Shown in pieces: positions 1 through 10,553 of a stretch of DNA of 64,000 nt (positions are counted from its first letter, which is position 1; every line of letters starts with the position of its first letter). The DNA lies in NCBI RefSeq assembly GCF_039654945.1, contig NW_027361673.1, forward strand, positions 26,102,001-26,166,000, given 5' to 3'. Both the position numbers and the translations under genes were made by a program. The notes beneath the pieces are model-generated. The model had not been told where the DNA came from. It did not search any database and was given only the letters and a program-made list of their open reading frames with translations. The stretch comes from Dendrobates tinctorius. Taxonomy: Eukaryota.

Positions 1-1350
1 TATCCCACCGCTGTCACAATGTGATAAAAACAGCAAACTAGTCTTGCCCTAACAATTTATCGCAGGGGGGTTATTTTGGGTGTCCCACCACTAACAATAT
101 TTCACAAACTGCGGGGATTTATGTGTATCCCACTTTTCAGTTCCGCTTTGGAACTCGCAGCTCTCCGGCACCCCCCTTACCCTCAGGTCAGTCAGGGAAC
201 TACACCTGGGATAACTGGTCGCCGGCTGGATGCTTCAATGAGGACTGGCCACCCGGCACGCTGCAGTGAGAAAATTATAAATGCTTTGGCCGCAGCCACC
301 CAATTAGCTTATAAAATCACTCTGTCACTCTCAGCAGTGCCCAGGACCCAAACCACACATCGCCGCCACCAGCTCCAGATTTCTCTGATTAAGTTATAAA
401 CTTAATAGAGGGGCTCGAAGCAAACCCAATTCAGTAGTGTAATTATCTTAAAGGCATGTAAATTTGTTTTTAGAGCCTGGAGACAGAGCTAATAAGTTTT
501 ATAATTTATTCCCAAAAAGGCGGGCAGTGTTTCCAGAGATAAAAGATTTTATGAAGTTGAGACATTAGATATGTACAATGAAAATATAAAATAAACGGGG
601 TTAACAAAACAGAGATTAACACATACATTTGCTTAGATGGACTTAGGCTAACCATGTGGGTAGGCGGGGCCAGACATCTCCCTGCATCTGGGATCCTAGT
701 AGCATGGGATCTACAGCAAGAATGACCTCCCAACTGAGTGAGTGTACTCTATAGTCCTGGGTCCTGACATCATAAAAGGGGCGGTCGGGTGATGGTCCTC
801 CCCCTGCTCTTGGAGTTATAATAAGTTTAGTAGTCAGATTCTAACTATATCTCGCAGAGGGTACCTTGTATAAACACACAAGTAGTATCATTTTCTTTAG
901 CCTGTCGAAGGGCATAATTCAAAACCAAACAGGCAGTAATTATGTCACACCATTTAGGAAAAATCGATTTCTCGGATTCTGTCGGGGCTAGACCTTAGCA
1001 ACAACCACCGTAGTGAAGCCGGATTAGAGCACATCGCAGAAATGTCAGTTTCAGTTTTGTGTCGTGAACAAGGTCCGAGCTATGGTTTCGCTAATATCTC
1101 CCATGCTTGAATTCGCCGCATGGTAGAGAACAAAGAACATTCTTTCCACTTAGCTAATTAACATTCCTTAGCTGGGGAGAGGGGAATGTTGGCACAGGAA
1201 GTTCCTGGTGTGCTGTTACAGATGCAGGCACAGAGCTGAAGTTTGTGTGAGCTGTGGGTGAGGAAGGGGGGGGTCACAGCTGTGACAGGCAGAAGCATCT
1301 GAAGTGTAATGCTCAGGGAACCTTATGTCATATCGTACAGTATCATTACA
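1..1350 (-). repeat. 3' LTR of the Gmr1-like element (partial)
   Basis: Colinear with 17636-19008, with scattered substitutions and indels. Minus-strand purine tract AAAAGTGAGAGG at 1351-1362 abuts TGTAATG. Confidence 0.9.
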
Positions 1351-1371
1351 CCTCTCACTTTTAGAGGGAGC

Positions 1372-2468
1372 TTAGGGAGGTAGTACCTGTTGGTATGCCA
1401 CCAGATGCACCTCCGTGGGTTTGCCCCTGCAGGACAACCCATCGGCATTTCCATGATCGCGACCCTTCTTGTGTTGTACAATAAAGTCGTACTGCTGAAG
1501 GGCAAGGCTCCAGCATAACAACCTACCATAAGTTCCGGACACGGTGTGCAGCCAGCTCAGAGGGTTGTGGTCGGTTACCTCTATGAAGGTGCGCCCGCAC
1601 AGGTAGGGCTGCAAACGTTGCAGGGCCCAGACCATGGCCAGGCACTCCTTCTCGATGGTGGAGTATGCCACTTCCTTCGGCAAAAGTTTCCAGCTCAGGT
1701 ACAGCACAGGGTGCTCCTGGCTACCCGAGTAGACCAGGCTGAGTGCAGCACCGAGGCCAAACACGCTGGCATTGGTCTGTACCAGGAATGGATGACTGAT
1801 GTCGGCTGCTTTCAACACTGGAGAGTTCCGCAGGGCTGTTTTTAAAGATTGGATGGCCGCCTTGCAGCCGGCTGTCCAGTTAATGGTTTGGGGTAGCCTC
1901 TGGTTGGTGAGGTCTGTCAAGTGTTTTGCAAGGGCGCTATAGTCCTGTACAAACCGCCTATAGTACCCTGCAGTGCCCAAGAAGGACATCATCTGTTTCT
2001 TGGTCCTGGGGGTGGGCAGGACATGATTGCGTCCACTTTCTCTGGCTTTGGACTCATGGAACCCTCGCCTACCTGGTGCCCCAGGTAGTGGACCTCGCTC
2101 ATGCCCATTTGGCACTTTCCCAGCTTGATGGTCAGACCCGCCTGGTGAAGATGCTTGAGTACCTCCTGGGGATGCTGAAGGTGTTTCTCCCAGGTGGAAC
2201 TGAAGACGGCAATGTCATCCAGGTAAGCCACTGCGTACTCCTCTATTCCCTGGAGCAGGTGGTTGACCATCCTCTGGAAAGTGGCTGGGGCATTTTTCAT
2301 GCCGAATGGCATGACTGTGGACTCATACAGTCCAAAGGGGGTGATAAAGGCGGATCTCTCCTGCGCCGCAGGGCTTAGGGGAATCTGCCAGTATCTCCGA
2401 CTCAAATCCATGATGGATATGTATTTTGCATTTGCCAACCGCTCAAGCAGATTCTCGGTGCGCGGCAT
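1372..2468 (-). pseudogene. Reverse transcriptase and RNase H of the Gmr1-like pol (frameshifted)
   Basis: MPFGMKNAPATFQR and YLDD in 2468-1989; FLGTAGYYRRF, YSTIEKECLA and TDHNPL in 2115-1372. Confidence 0.9.
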
Positions 2469-2815
2469 CAGAGGTTGTGATGGCGTTGATCCCCCTGTAG
2501 TCCACGCAGAACCGGGTGGTCCGATCCTTTTTAGGCACGAGGACTACAGGTGAGGCCCACGTGCTCTTGGACTGTCAAATCACCCCCAGCTGTAACATCT
2601 CATTGATCTCTCGGCGCAAACTCAGCGATCGATCTCTCTAAACTGCTGTACCTCCTCAGAGATCCGATAAGGCGTTCGCCGTAGTGGGGCATGATTCCCG
2701 GTGTCCACCTCGTGAACCGCTACTTCCATCCTCCCCGGTCAGTTGGAGAATACGGCCCAGAAGAGTTCCAGGGTGGCAAACAACTGTGACTGCTGGGGTA
2801 CGGTTAAGGAGGCAC

Positions 2816-3667
2816 TTACCTCCATGTCCTCAATGGACCCATTGGCCTTGGATTGGGCCAGCATGTCCAGGAGGGGGTCTTCCTCCCCATCCTCAGGCAG
2901 GCTTCATGTTCATGGTGCGCCTTCATCATGTTGACGTGAAAGGCCTTGTGCCTACCCCATGCGTGGTCAAGCATGACCACGTAGGTGACCGGGTTGAGCT
3001 GTTGGTGGATGACGTATGGGCCTTCCCAGGCTGCCTGAAACTTATCCGTTGGTACGGGGACCAACACCCGCACCCACACCTTTTGATCCACCTGGTAGGT
3101 CCGCTCCCAGGCATTCTGGCCATACCAGTGCTTCTGGTCAGCCTGAGCCTGTGTCATGTTGTCATGCACCAACTGCGTCAAGGTCTGCATCTTGTCACGG
3201 AAGCGCATGACATAATCCACGATGGACATTTCGGAGGGGTTTGGCTCATCTTCCCAGGATTCTCTTATCAACCCAAGGGGTCTCCAGACTCACCTGCCAT
3301 ACAGGAGCTCAAAGGGGGAGAACTCCGTCGAGGCCTGCGGAACTTCTCTGTAAGCGAATAGCAGGTGTGGGAGGTGCCGCTCCCAGTCGCGCCCTTGGGT
3401 CTCAACCAGCATGCGGAGCATCTGTTTGAGGGTACCGTTGAAGCGTTCACGCAAACCATTGGTCTGTGGGTGATACGCACTCGATACCAGGTGCCTCACC
3501 TGCATTTTCTCACAGAGAGCCTCCATTAGGCGAGACATGAGTTGGGTCCCTTGATCGGTAAGCATCTCCCTGGGAAATCCTACCCTTGAAAAGATGGTCA
3601 ACAGTGCATCAGCCACCTTATCTGCCCTGGTTGAAGACAGAGCTACTGCCTCTGGGTACTGGGTAAC
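2816..3667 (-). pseudogene. Integrase core and C-terminal part of the Gmr1-like pol
   Basis: GFPREMLTDQG, AYHPQTNGLRERFNGTLK, FSPFELLYGR, WEGPY. It continues the integrase cut off at 14758 (LTVVDY). Confidence 0.88.
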
Positions 3668-4592
3668 AGTGTTAGGCGTCGGATTTCTGTCGCTGCACAG
3701 CCAGAATCCCGAGCCTTACTTCCAGCGGTCTCCCATTCCTCTCCAGCCACAGAGGATGCTGCTCAGCAAACTTGTCGGTCCAGGCGCTCTGCCCAGACCA
3801 GCTCCATGGGTTTGCTTGCTGCTGCCACCTCTGGCACATCTATGGCAATACATGCTGCTCAGCAGCGAGATTCTCCAGGGACTAAGTCCCCATGTCAGGC
3901 CACTGAGCATGCCCGTGGAGTGATCTCCCATTGGAGATGGAAGGTCACGTGCTCAGGTCCTGCTCGTGTTCGGATTGGCCCATCCGAGAAGCCAGGAAGG
4001 TCCCGGACGCTCGTGGCTATAAAAGGTTCGCATGGCCGCTCGGCCATGCGCTAGGATAGACTGTTTTTACAGACTATGTGGAGTGAGTGATGTATGCACG
4101 TATGAATGTCTCTGGAGAATGACTCATTAAAAAACCCCTACCCTTGGTAAGCATGTGTTGTGCAGCCTAGCCTGCTAGTGCCCAGGCTTAGGTGTAGGTA
4201 GGACAGAAGGTTGAGTCAGGCATCAGTCCTCACCAGGGACTCAACACGCCTCAGCGCACGTGCTCCACTTCATAGCCAGCGTCTATAGCGGCGCTCACTG
4301 CAGCGACGCTGCGTGCTCAGTGGGCCTAGAGTGACTCTAACCCCGTGTCCTTGGGGTAGAGTTCTGTGGCCGTACACTGTGCGCTCTTTTGGCCAGGCTC
4401 TGTGAGCTAAACAGGCTCCGGCATCTACGTTTAGCGGCTATGCGATTCTGTGCATTAACAGAGTTTGCACCTGTTCACATTGGGTGATGTAACCCACGTG
4501 TGACTGTTTTTACGCCGCTCTATTCTTCCGCCATTACCTAGCAGCAGTGTGCCACCTCTGCACGGTGGACCCCGGGCTGCAAACGCACCTAC

Positions 4593-5539
4593 TGTCACGC
4601 CGTGCTCACCTGGGGGCGGGACCTCAGTCCCGACGTCATCTCTTCCGGAGCTGCGGTCACTCCGGGGGTCCCGTAGGGTGCGCACGCGCAGCTCTCGTTC
4701 CCGGGCCTCCTCCTACATGTCACGTTTGCGCTTGCGCGCTCCTGTCAGTGCTGTATAGGGCTCGGTCCTCTCTATGGTAATGGAGGACCTGACCCGGAAC
4801 CTGTAGTGGTCATGTGCTTTCTGGCTAGGTCCTGACCCGGAACCAGTAGTAGTCATGTGCTATATCAGACGACCTCCCCCTAGGGGAGGTGCCTGATTAT
4901 TGTTGTGCTTCCTGGCTTGGTCTGCCGTGTCCCTGCCTGGCTGTGCGCTGTACTCAGGTCCTCTGCCTTGCACTCTGTTGTGCCTCTTGGCGCACGCTCT
5001 GAATCTGCACTCTGCTTTGTACTTGGTTGTGCCTCCTGGCACACGCTCTGACCCTGTGTTCTGTCTCATACTCGGTTGTGCCTCCTGGCACATGCTCTGA
5101 CACTGTACTCTGTCTCATACTCGGTCGTGCCTCCTGGCACACACTCTGATTCCGTGCTCTGTCTTATACTCAGTTGTGCCTCCGGGCACACACTCTGATC
5201 CTGTACTCAGTCTCTTACTCTGTTACACCTCCTGGCACACCTGCTGCCTGACTCAGTGCTCTGACGTGCTCCTTGCACGTTTCCTGCTTCACTCACACCC
5301 GGACGAACGAAGTCTCTGTATACCACGTGTTCCCGTGTCCACACTTTACACGTTCCTGCAGACACTCTCACCCACTCGTGTCTCCTGTGAGCCGGCCGCC
5401 TGGTGCCAGCAGTCGTGGTGCCTCACCCCCTGGGGCTTGCCCCTGACACTCCCTGTATAGGGGGTGGTCTTCACTAGGTCAGCTCGCCCTGGGAGGGTTG
5501 GTGTCACGACCCAGAGGGTCCACTCCAGGAGTCGTCACA
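4593..5539 (+). repeat. 5' LTR (947 bp)
   Basis: TG...CA ends, TATA-like box at 4861, and about five copies of a 49-bp internal repeat at 5029-5240. Confidence 0.95.
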
Positions 5540-5552
5540 GTATAATCAGGCC

Positions 5553-6287
5553 ATGGACCCCGCTGGTGCCACCACCTCCATCCAAAAGGAACTGGTGTTC
5601 CTACGGGAGAGTCAGACCAGGATTATGGTCTTTTTGAAATCCATGGAGTCTCGTTTGTCGGCCATACAATCCGTTTCTGCCCAGTCCTCGGCCCCGCACC
5701 CGATGCCGCGCCTCGGCAAGCCACCCCGATATAGCGGGGACCCTAAGTTTTGTCGAGGATTTCTGAACCAATGCCGGTTACATTTTGAGCTTTTGCCGCA
5801 GCACTATCCCACTGAGCGCGCCCAAATTGCCTTTATTGTTTCACACTTAGAGGGGGAGGCATTAGCATGGGTGAACCCCCTCTGGGAGCGCAATGACCCA
5901 CTCGTCTCTCGGCTTTCCACCTTTTTGGACACCTTCCGCAAGGTGTTCGACGAGCCGGGTCGGCTGGCCTCTATCACCGAGTCCCTCTTTAACCTCCATC
6001 AGGGTACGCTACCAGTAGGACAGTATGCCATCCGTTTTCGTACCTTGGCCTCCGAACTCGGTTGGAACAACGAGGCTCTCGTAGGGATCTTTTGGCGTGG
6101 CCTGTCCAGTCGGATCAAAGACGTACTGGCAGGTCGGGATACTCCCACCTCTTTAGAGGATCTGATCTCACTGGCGACACGCATCGACCTGCGGTTTCAG
6201 GAACGTGCCCGTGAATTAGCCAGAGAGAGGAGCTCCTCTCACCTCCTCCGTTCCTGCTCCAAGAAGCCGGGAAACTTCTCCGCCTAG
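5553..6287 (+). CDS. Gag (PEG10/sushi-like capsid), zinc knuckle incomplete
   Basis: PPRYSGDPKFCRGFLNQC, LEGEALAW and YAIRFRTLA motifs; ATG lies 13 nt after the LTR. Confidence 0.9.
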   Translation: MDPAGATTSIQKELVFLRESQTRIMVFLKSMESRLSAIQSVSAQSSAPHPMPRLGKPPRYSGDPKFCRGFLNQCRLHFELLPQHYPTERAQIAFIVSHLEGEALAWVNPLWERNDPLVSRLSTFLDTFRKVFDEPGRLASITESLFNLHQGTLPVGQYAIRFRTLASELGWNNEALVGIFWRGLSSRIKDVLAGRDTPTSLEDLISLATRIDLRFQERARELARERSSSHLLRSCSKKPGNFSA

Positions 6288-6332
6288 GGTTGATAGGAGA
6301 GGCCTCCCTAGGTGTACGTGATTCCTCTCCTC
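6269..6332 (+). promoter_or_regulatory. -1 ribosomal frameshift signal (GGGAAAC plus predicted pseudoknot)
   Basis: Slippery heptamer at 6269-6275. The pol frame is -1 relative to gag and is open from the heptamer. CCTAGGG/CCCTAGG and GGAGAGG/CCTCTCC pairings follow. Confidence 0.85.
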
Positions 6333-9300
6333 CCCTGCTCGTGTCCGTATTATTGAATCTCGGTGCCAAGCGTTATTCTGAGGAGGCTTTCCTGGATTCT
6401 GGCGCGGAGGGGAATTTTATCACACTCGAGGCGGTTAAAAAATACCGGATTTCTGTCAGATCCCTGGAGACTCCTCGGTCGATTGTTTCGGTCAATGGTA
6501 CGTCCGTGCTGGAGTCCGTTACCCAGGCCACCGAAGAGATCGAGCTGCAGATCGGAGCCCTGCACCTGGAGAAGATCTCCTTCCTCGTCTTGTCCACCAT
6601 GTCTCACGCACTTCTTCTAGGCCTCCCTTGGCTACGGACTCATGAGCCAACCCTGGACTGGCGGTCGGGCGAGATACTCCGGTGGGGACCGTTCTGTCAG
6701 GAGAAGTGCCTGTTGCCCGTCCGTCTGATGAACTCTGCCGGTCCATCCCCGGCACCTACAGGTCTGCCGTTGGCTTACTGGTCCTTTGCAGATGTTTTCG
6801 ACAAGAAGGAGGCCGAGACTCTGCCCCCCCATCGGCCATATGACTGTCCGATTGACCTCATTCCTGGTTCTACGCCACCCAGGGGTAGGATATACCCGCT
6901 ATCCCCTGCTGAGACCCAAGCTATGTCTGACTATATCCAGGAGAACCTTGCTAGAGGTTTCATCCGTAAGTCCTCCTCGCCCGCGGGAGCGGGATTTTTC
7001 TTTGTAAATAAGGACGGCTCCCTCCGTCCTTGCATAGACTACCGAGGCCTGAACAATATCACGGTCAAGAACAAGTACCCATTGCCATTGATCCCGGAGC
7101 TCTTTGACCGACTTAGAGGAGCTCGAATTTTCACCAAACTGGATCTTCGTGGGGCCTACAACTTGATCCGCATTCGTTCCGGGGATGAGTGGAAGACCGC
7201 CTTTAACACCAGAGACGGTCACTACGAGTACTTGGTCATGCCCTTCGGCCTCTGCAATGCCCCAGCGGTTTTCCAGGAGTTCGTGAATGACGTCTTCCGA
7301 GATATGCTGTACTCCTGCGTGGTAGTCTATCTGGATGACATCCTCGTTTTTTCTCCAGACCTCTCCGCCCACAGAAAGAACGTGCGTCAAGTCCTCCAGC
7401 GCCTGAGGCAGAACCGCCTTTATGCCAAGCTCGAGAAATGTGCCTTCGAGCAAACGTCCCTGCCATTCTTGGGGTACATTATCTCAAAATCAGGTCTATG
7501 CATGGATCCGGCAAAAGTGTCCGCCGTCCTCGATTGGCCACAGCCCCATGGGGTGAAGGCAATCCAACGCTTCCTTGGTTTTGCGAACTACTACCGACAG
7601 TTCGTTCCTCATTTTTCCTCGTTGATTCGCCCCATCTCGTCCCTTATCTGCAAGGGAGCTAACCCAAAGGCTTGGCCCTCTGAGGCTGAAGAGGCCTTCC
7701 AGTCGTTGAAACAAGCCTTCGCCGCTGCTCCGGCGCTTCAACGACCTGAGGTTAGTAGACCTTTCACTCTCGAGGTAGACGCATCCTCTACTGGGGCTGG
7801 CGCAGTCCTTCTGCAGAAATCCTCTTCTGGACGTTTTGTCACCTGTGGCTTCTTTTCTAAAGTATTTTCCTCCACTGAGCAGAACTACTCCATTGGCGAC
7901 AAAGAGCTATTGGCCATTAAGTTGGCCTTGGAGGAGTGGAGGTACTTACTGGAGGGTGCCATACATCCATTCAAGATCTTCACAGACCATAAGAACCTGG
8001 CGTACATCCAGTCCGCACAGAGGCTCAATCCTCGGCAAGCCAGGTGGTCCCTATTCTTCGCCCGCTTTGACTTTGAGCTACATTTTCGGCCCGGCGATAA
8101 GAACGTTAGAGCGCATGCGTTGTCAAGATCATTCCTGTCGTCTGATGCAGAGGAAGAACCCTCTCATATCATTGATTTATCCAAAGTAATTACTGTGGCT
8201 CCTGTCAAGTTAACCACGTTACCTCCGGGAAGAACCTTTGTGGCTGAGAATAACCGAAAACGAGTGCTAAATTGGGGACATTCGTCCAAGATTGCCGGCC
8301 ACGTTGGTGTCAAAAAGACTTTGGACTTAATCTCTCGCCATTATTGGTGGCCTTCACTCTCCCAGGATGTTAAAGACTTTGTAGCATCTTGCCCGTCCTG
8401 TGCCCAGAACAAGATACCCAGACAACCACCCTCCGGTCTTCTGTTCCCGCTTCCCATTCCGTCGGCTCCATGGCAGCACATAGCCATGGATTTCATTACT
8501 GATCTGCCTTGTTCTTCCGGTTGTACTGTGGTCTTGGTGGTTGTAGACCGATTTTCAAAGATGGCTCACTTCATTCCTCTTCCCGGACTACCCTCTGCTC
8601 CTGACTTGGCGAAGATCTTCATTTCCCATATCTTCAGGATTCACGGCTTCCCCCAGCACATCGTGTCGGATAGAGGGGTCCAATTCACCTCCCGGTTCTG
8701 GAGAGCTCTATGCGGACTCATGAAAGTGTCATTGGATTTCTCTTCCGCCTATCACCCCCAAACCAATGGGCAGGTGGAACGTACCAACCAGATCCTTACA
8801 TCCTATCTCCGGCATTTTTCTAATGCTCATCAGAATGACTGGGTCGGTCTACTTCCTTGGGCTGAGTTCGCCTACAATAATCACTCCAGTGAATCGTCTA
8901 CCAAGTCTCCTTTCTTCATCGTCTTTGGACAGCATCTCAATGTGCCTCTACCGGTACTTCCTGTCTCGGGGGTACCTGCTGCCGATTCTCAGTCTGTGGA
9001 GTTCTCCAGGGTATGGCAGGAGACCAAAACCGCTCTCGAGAAAGCACGGGACAGAATGAAATTACACGCTGACAAGAGGCGCCTGGACGTTCCTCCATTT
9101 CTCCCTGGTGACAAGGTGTGGCTCTCCACCAAATACGTCCGCCTTAAGGTACCATTTTACAAACTGGGCCCCCGTTACATTGGTCCTTTTGAGGTCCTCA
9201 GGCGGATTAATGATGTTGCTTACAAATTGAAGCTGCCTCCTTCACTCCGTATTCCCAATTCCTTCCATGTGTCTCTCCTAAAACCTGTGGTTCTTAACCG

Positions 9301-9700
9301 ATTTCATCCTTCTCCAGGCCACACACCCCAGCCTGTTGGCTTGGGGGATGAGTTTGAGGTGAATGACATTTTGGCCATGAAAAAGGTAAGAGGGAGAACC
9401 ATGTTCCTGGTCGATTGGAAGGGTTTTGGCCCCGAGGAGAGGTCATGGGAACCCAGGGAGAATATCCACGCACCCCAGATTTTGTCTAAGTTCCTCTCCA
9501 GTTTTAGAAAGAGGGGGCGTAAAGGGGGGGGTACTGTCACGCCGTGCTCACCTGGGGGCGGGACCTCAGTCCCGATGTCATCTCTTCCGGAGCTGCGGTC
9601 ACTCCGGGGGTCCCGTAGGGTGCGCACGCGCAGCTCTCGTTCCCGGGCCTCCTCCTACATGTCACGTTTGCGCTTGCGCGCTCCTGTCAGTGCTGTATAG
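6272..9700 (+). CDS. Pol: protease, RT, RNase H, integrase, chromodomain (uninterrupted; reads into the 3' LTR)
   Basis: FLDSGAEGNFI, YLDD, EVDAS, TDHKNL, HHCC zinc finger, DDE core, IGPF, and chromodomain FLVDWKGFGPEERSWEP. The 1136-aa ORF has no internal stop. Confidence 0.95.
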   Translation, partial: KLLRLGLIGEASLGVRDSSPPLLVSVLLNLGAKRYSEEAFLDSGAEGNFITLEAVKKYRISVRSLETPRSIVSVNGTSVLESVTQATEEIELQIGALHLEKISFLVLSTMSHALLLGLPWLRTHEPTLDWRSGEILRWGPFCQEKCLLPVRLMNSAGPSPAPTGLPLAYWSFADVFDKKEAETLPPHRPYDCPIDLIPGSTPPRGRIYPLSPAETQAMSDYIQENLARGFIRKSSSPAGAGFFFVNKDGSLRPCIDYRGLNNITVKNKYPLPLIPELFDRLRGARIFTKLDLRGAYNLIRIRSGDEWKTAFNTRDGHYEYLVMPFGLCNAPAVFQEFVNDVFRDMLYSCVVVYLDDILVFSPDLSAHRKNVRQVLQRLRQNRLYAKLEKCAFEQTSLPFLGYIISKSGLCMDPAKVSAVLDWPQPHGVKAIQRFLGFANYYRQFVPHFSSLIRPISSLICKGANPKAWPSEAEEAFQSLKQAFAAAPALQRPEVSRPFTLEVDASSTGAGAVLLQKSSSGRFVTCGFFSKVFSSTEQNYSIGDKELLAIKLALEEWRYLLEGAIHPFKIFTDHKNLAYIQSAQRLNPRQARWSLFFARFDFELHFRPGDKNVRAHALSRSFLSSDAEEEPSHIIDLSKVITVAPVKLTTLPPGRTFVAENNRKRVLNWGHSSKIAGHVGVKKTLDLISRHYWWPSLSQDVKDFVASCPSCAQNKIPRQPPSGLLFPLPIPSAPWQHIAMDFITDLPCSSGCTVVLVVVDRFSKMAHFIPLPGLPSAPDLAKIFISHIFRIHGFPQHIVSDRGVQFTSRFWRALCGLMKVSLDFSSAYHPQTNGQVERTNQILTSYLRHFSNAHQNDWVGLLPWAEFAYNNHSSESSTKSPFFIVFGQHLNVPLPVLPVSGVPAADSQSVEFSRVWQETKTALEKARDRMKLHADKRRLDVPPFLPGDKVWLSTKYVRLKVPFYKLGPRYIGPFEVLRRINDVAYKLKLPPSLRIPNSFHVSLLKPVVLNRFHPSPGHTPQPVGLGDEFEVNDILAMKKVRGRTMFLVDWKGFGPEERSWEPRENIHAPQILSKFLSSFRKRGRKGGGTVTPCSPGGGTSVPMSSLPELRSLRGSRRVRTRSSRSRASSYMSRLRLRAPVSAV

Positions 9701-10481
9701 GGCTCGGTCCTCTCTATGGTAATGGAGGACCTGACCCGGAACCTGTAGTGGTCATGTGCTTTCTGGCTAGGTCCTGACCCGGAACCAGTAGTAGTCATGT
9801 GCTATATCAGACGACCTCCCCCTAGGGGAGGTGCCTGATTATTGTTGTGCTTCCTGGCTTGGTCTGCCGTGTCCCTGCCTGGCTGTGCGCTGTACTCAGG
9901 TCCTCTGCCTTGCACTCTGTTGTGCCTCTTGGCGCACGCTCTGAATCTGCACTCTGCTTTGTACTTGGTTGTGCCTCCTGGCACACGCTCTGACCCTGTG
10001 TTCTGTCTCATACTCGGTTGTGCCTCCTGGCACATGCTCTGACACTGTACTCTGTCTCATACTCGGTCGTGCCTCCTGGCACACACTCTGATTCTGTGCT
10101 CTGTCTTATACTCAGTTGTGCCTCCGGGCACACACTCTGATCCTGTACTCAGTCTCTTACTCTGTTACACCTCCTGGCACACCTGCTGCCTGACTCAGTG
10201 CTCTGACGTGCTCCTTGCACGTTTCCTGCTTCACTCACACCCGGACGAACGAAGTCTCTGTATACCACGTGTTCCCGTGTCCACACTTTACACGTTCCTG
10301 CAGACACTCTCACCCACTCGTGTCTCCTGTGAGCCGGCCGCCTGGTGCCAGCAGTCGTGGTGCCTCACCCCCTGGGGCTTGCCCCTGACACTCCCTGTAT
10401 AGGGGGTGGTCTTCACTAGGTCAGCTCGCCCTGGGAGGGTTGGTGTCACGACCCAGAGGGTCCACTCCAGGAGTCGTCACA
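9535..10481 (+). repeat. 3' LTR (947 bp)
   Basis: Copy of 4593-5539; I noticed only two substitutions by eye. Confidence 0.95.
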
Positions 10482-10553
10482 CCTACTATTATTTTATAAT
10501 TTGGTGCGCTCCGCCAGCCCTTACATTATCCTAGCGCCAGGGTCTGGCTAGTA

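Larger units (their letters stand above)
4593..10481 (+). mobile_element. Young sushi/chromovirus-type Gypsy element with both LTRs
   Basis: 947-bp LTRs at 4593-5539 and 9535-10481 are nearly identical. The 5-bp TSD CCTAC lies at 4588-4592 and 10482-10486, and the empty site is visible in the host 3' LTR near 14714. A PPT precedes 9535. Confidence 0.97.

Noticed and set aside
5553-9700. Domesticated PEG10/RTL-type gene
   Set aside because: Near-identical LTRs, a TSD and a complete pol show it is a recent retrotransposon insertion.
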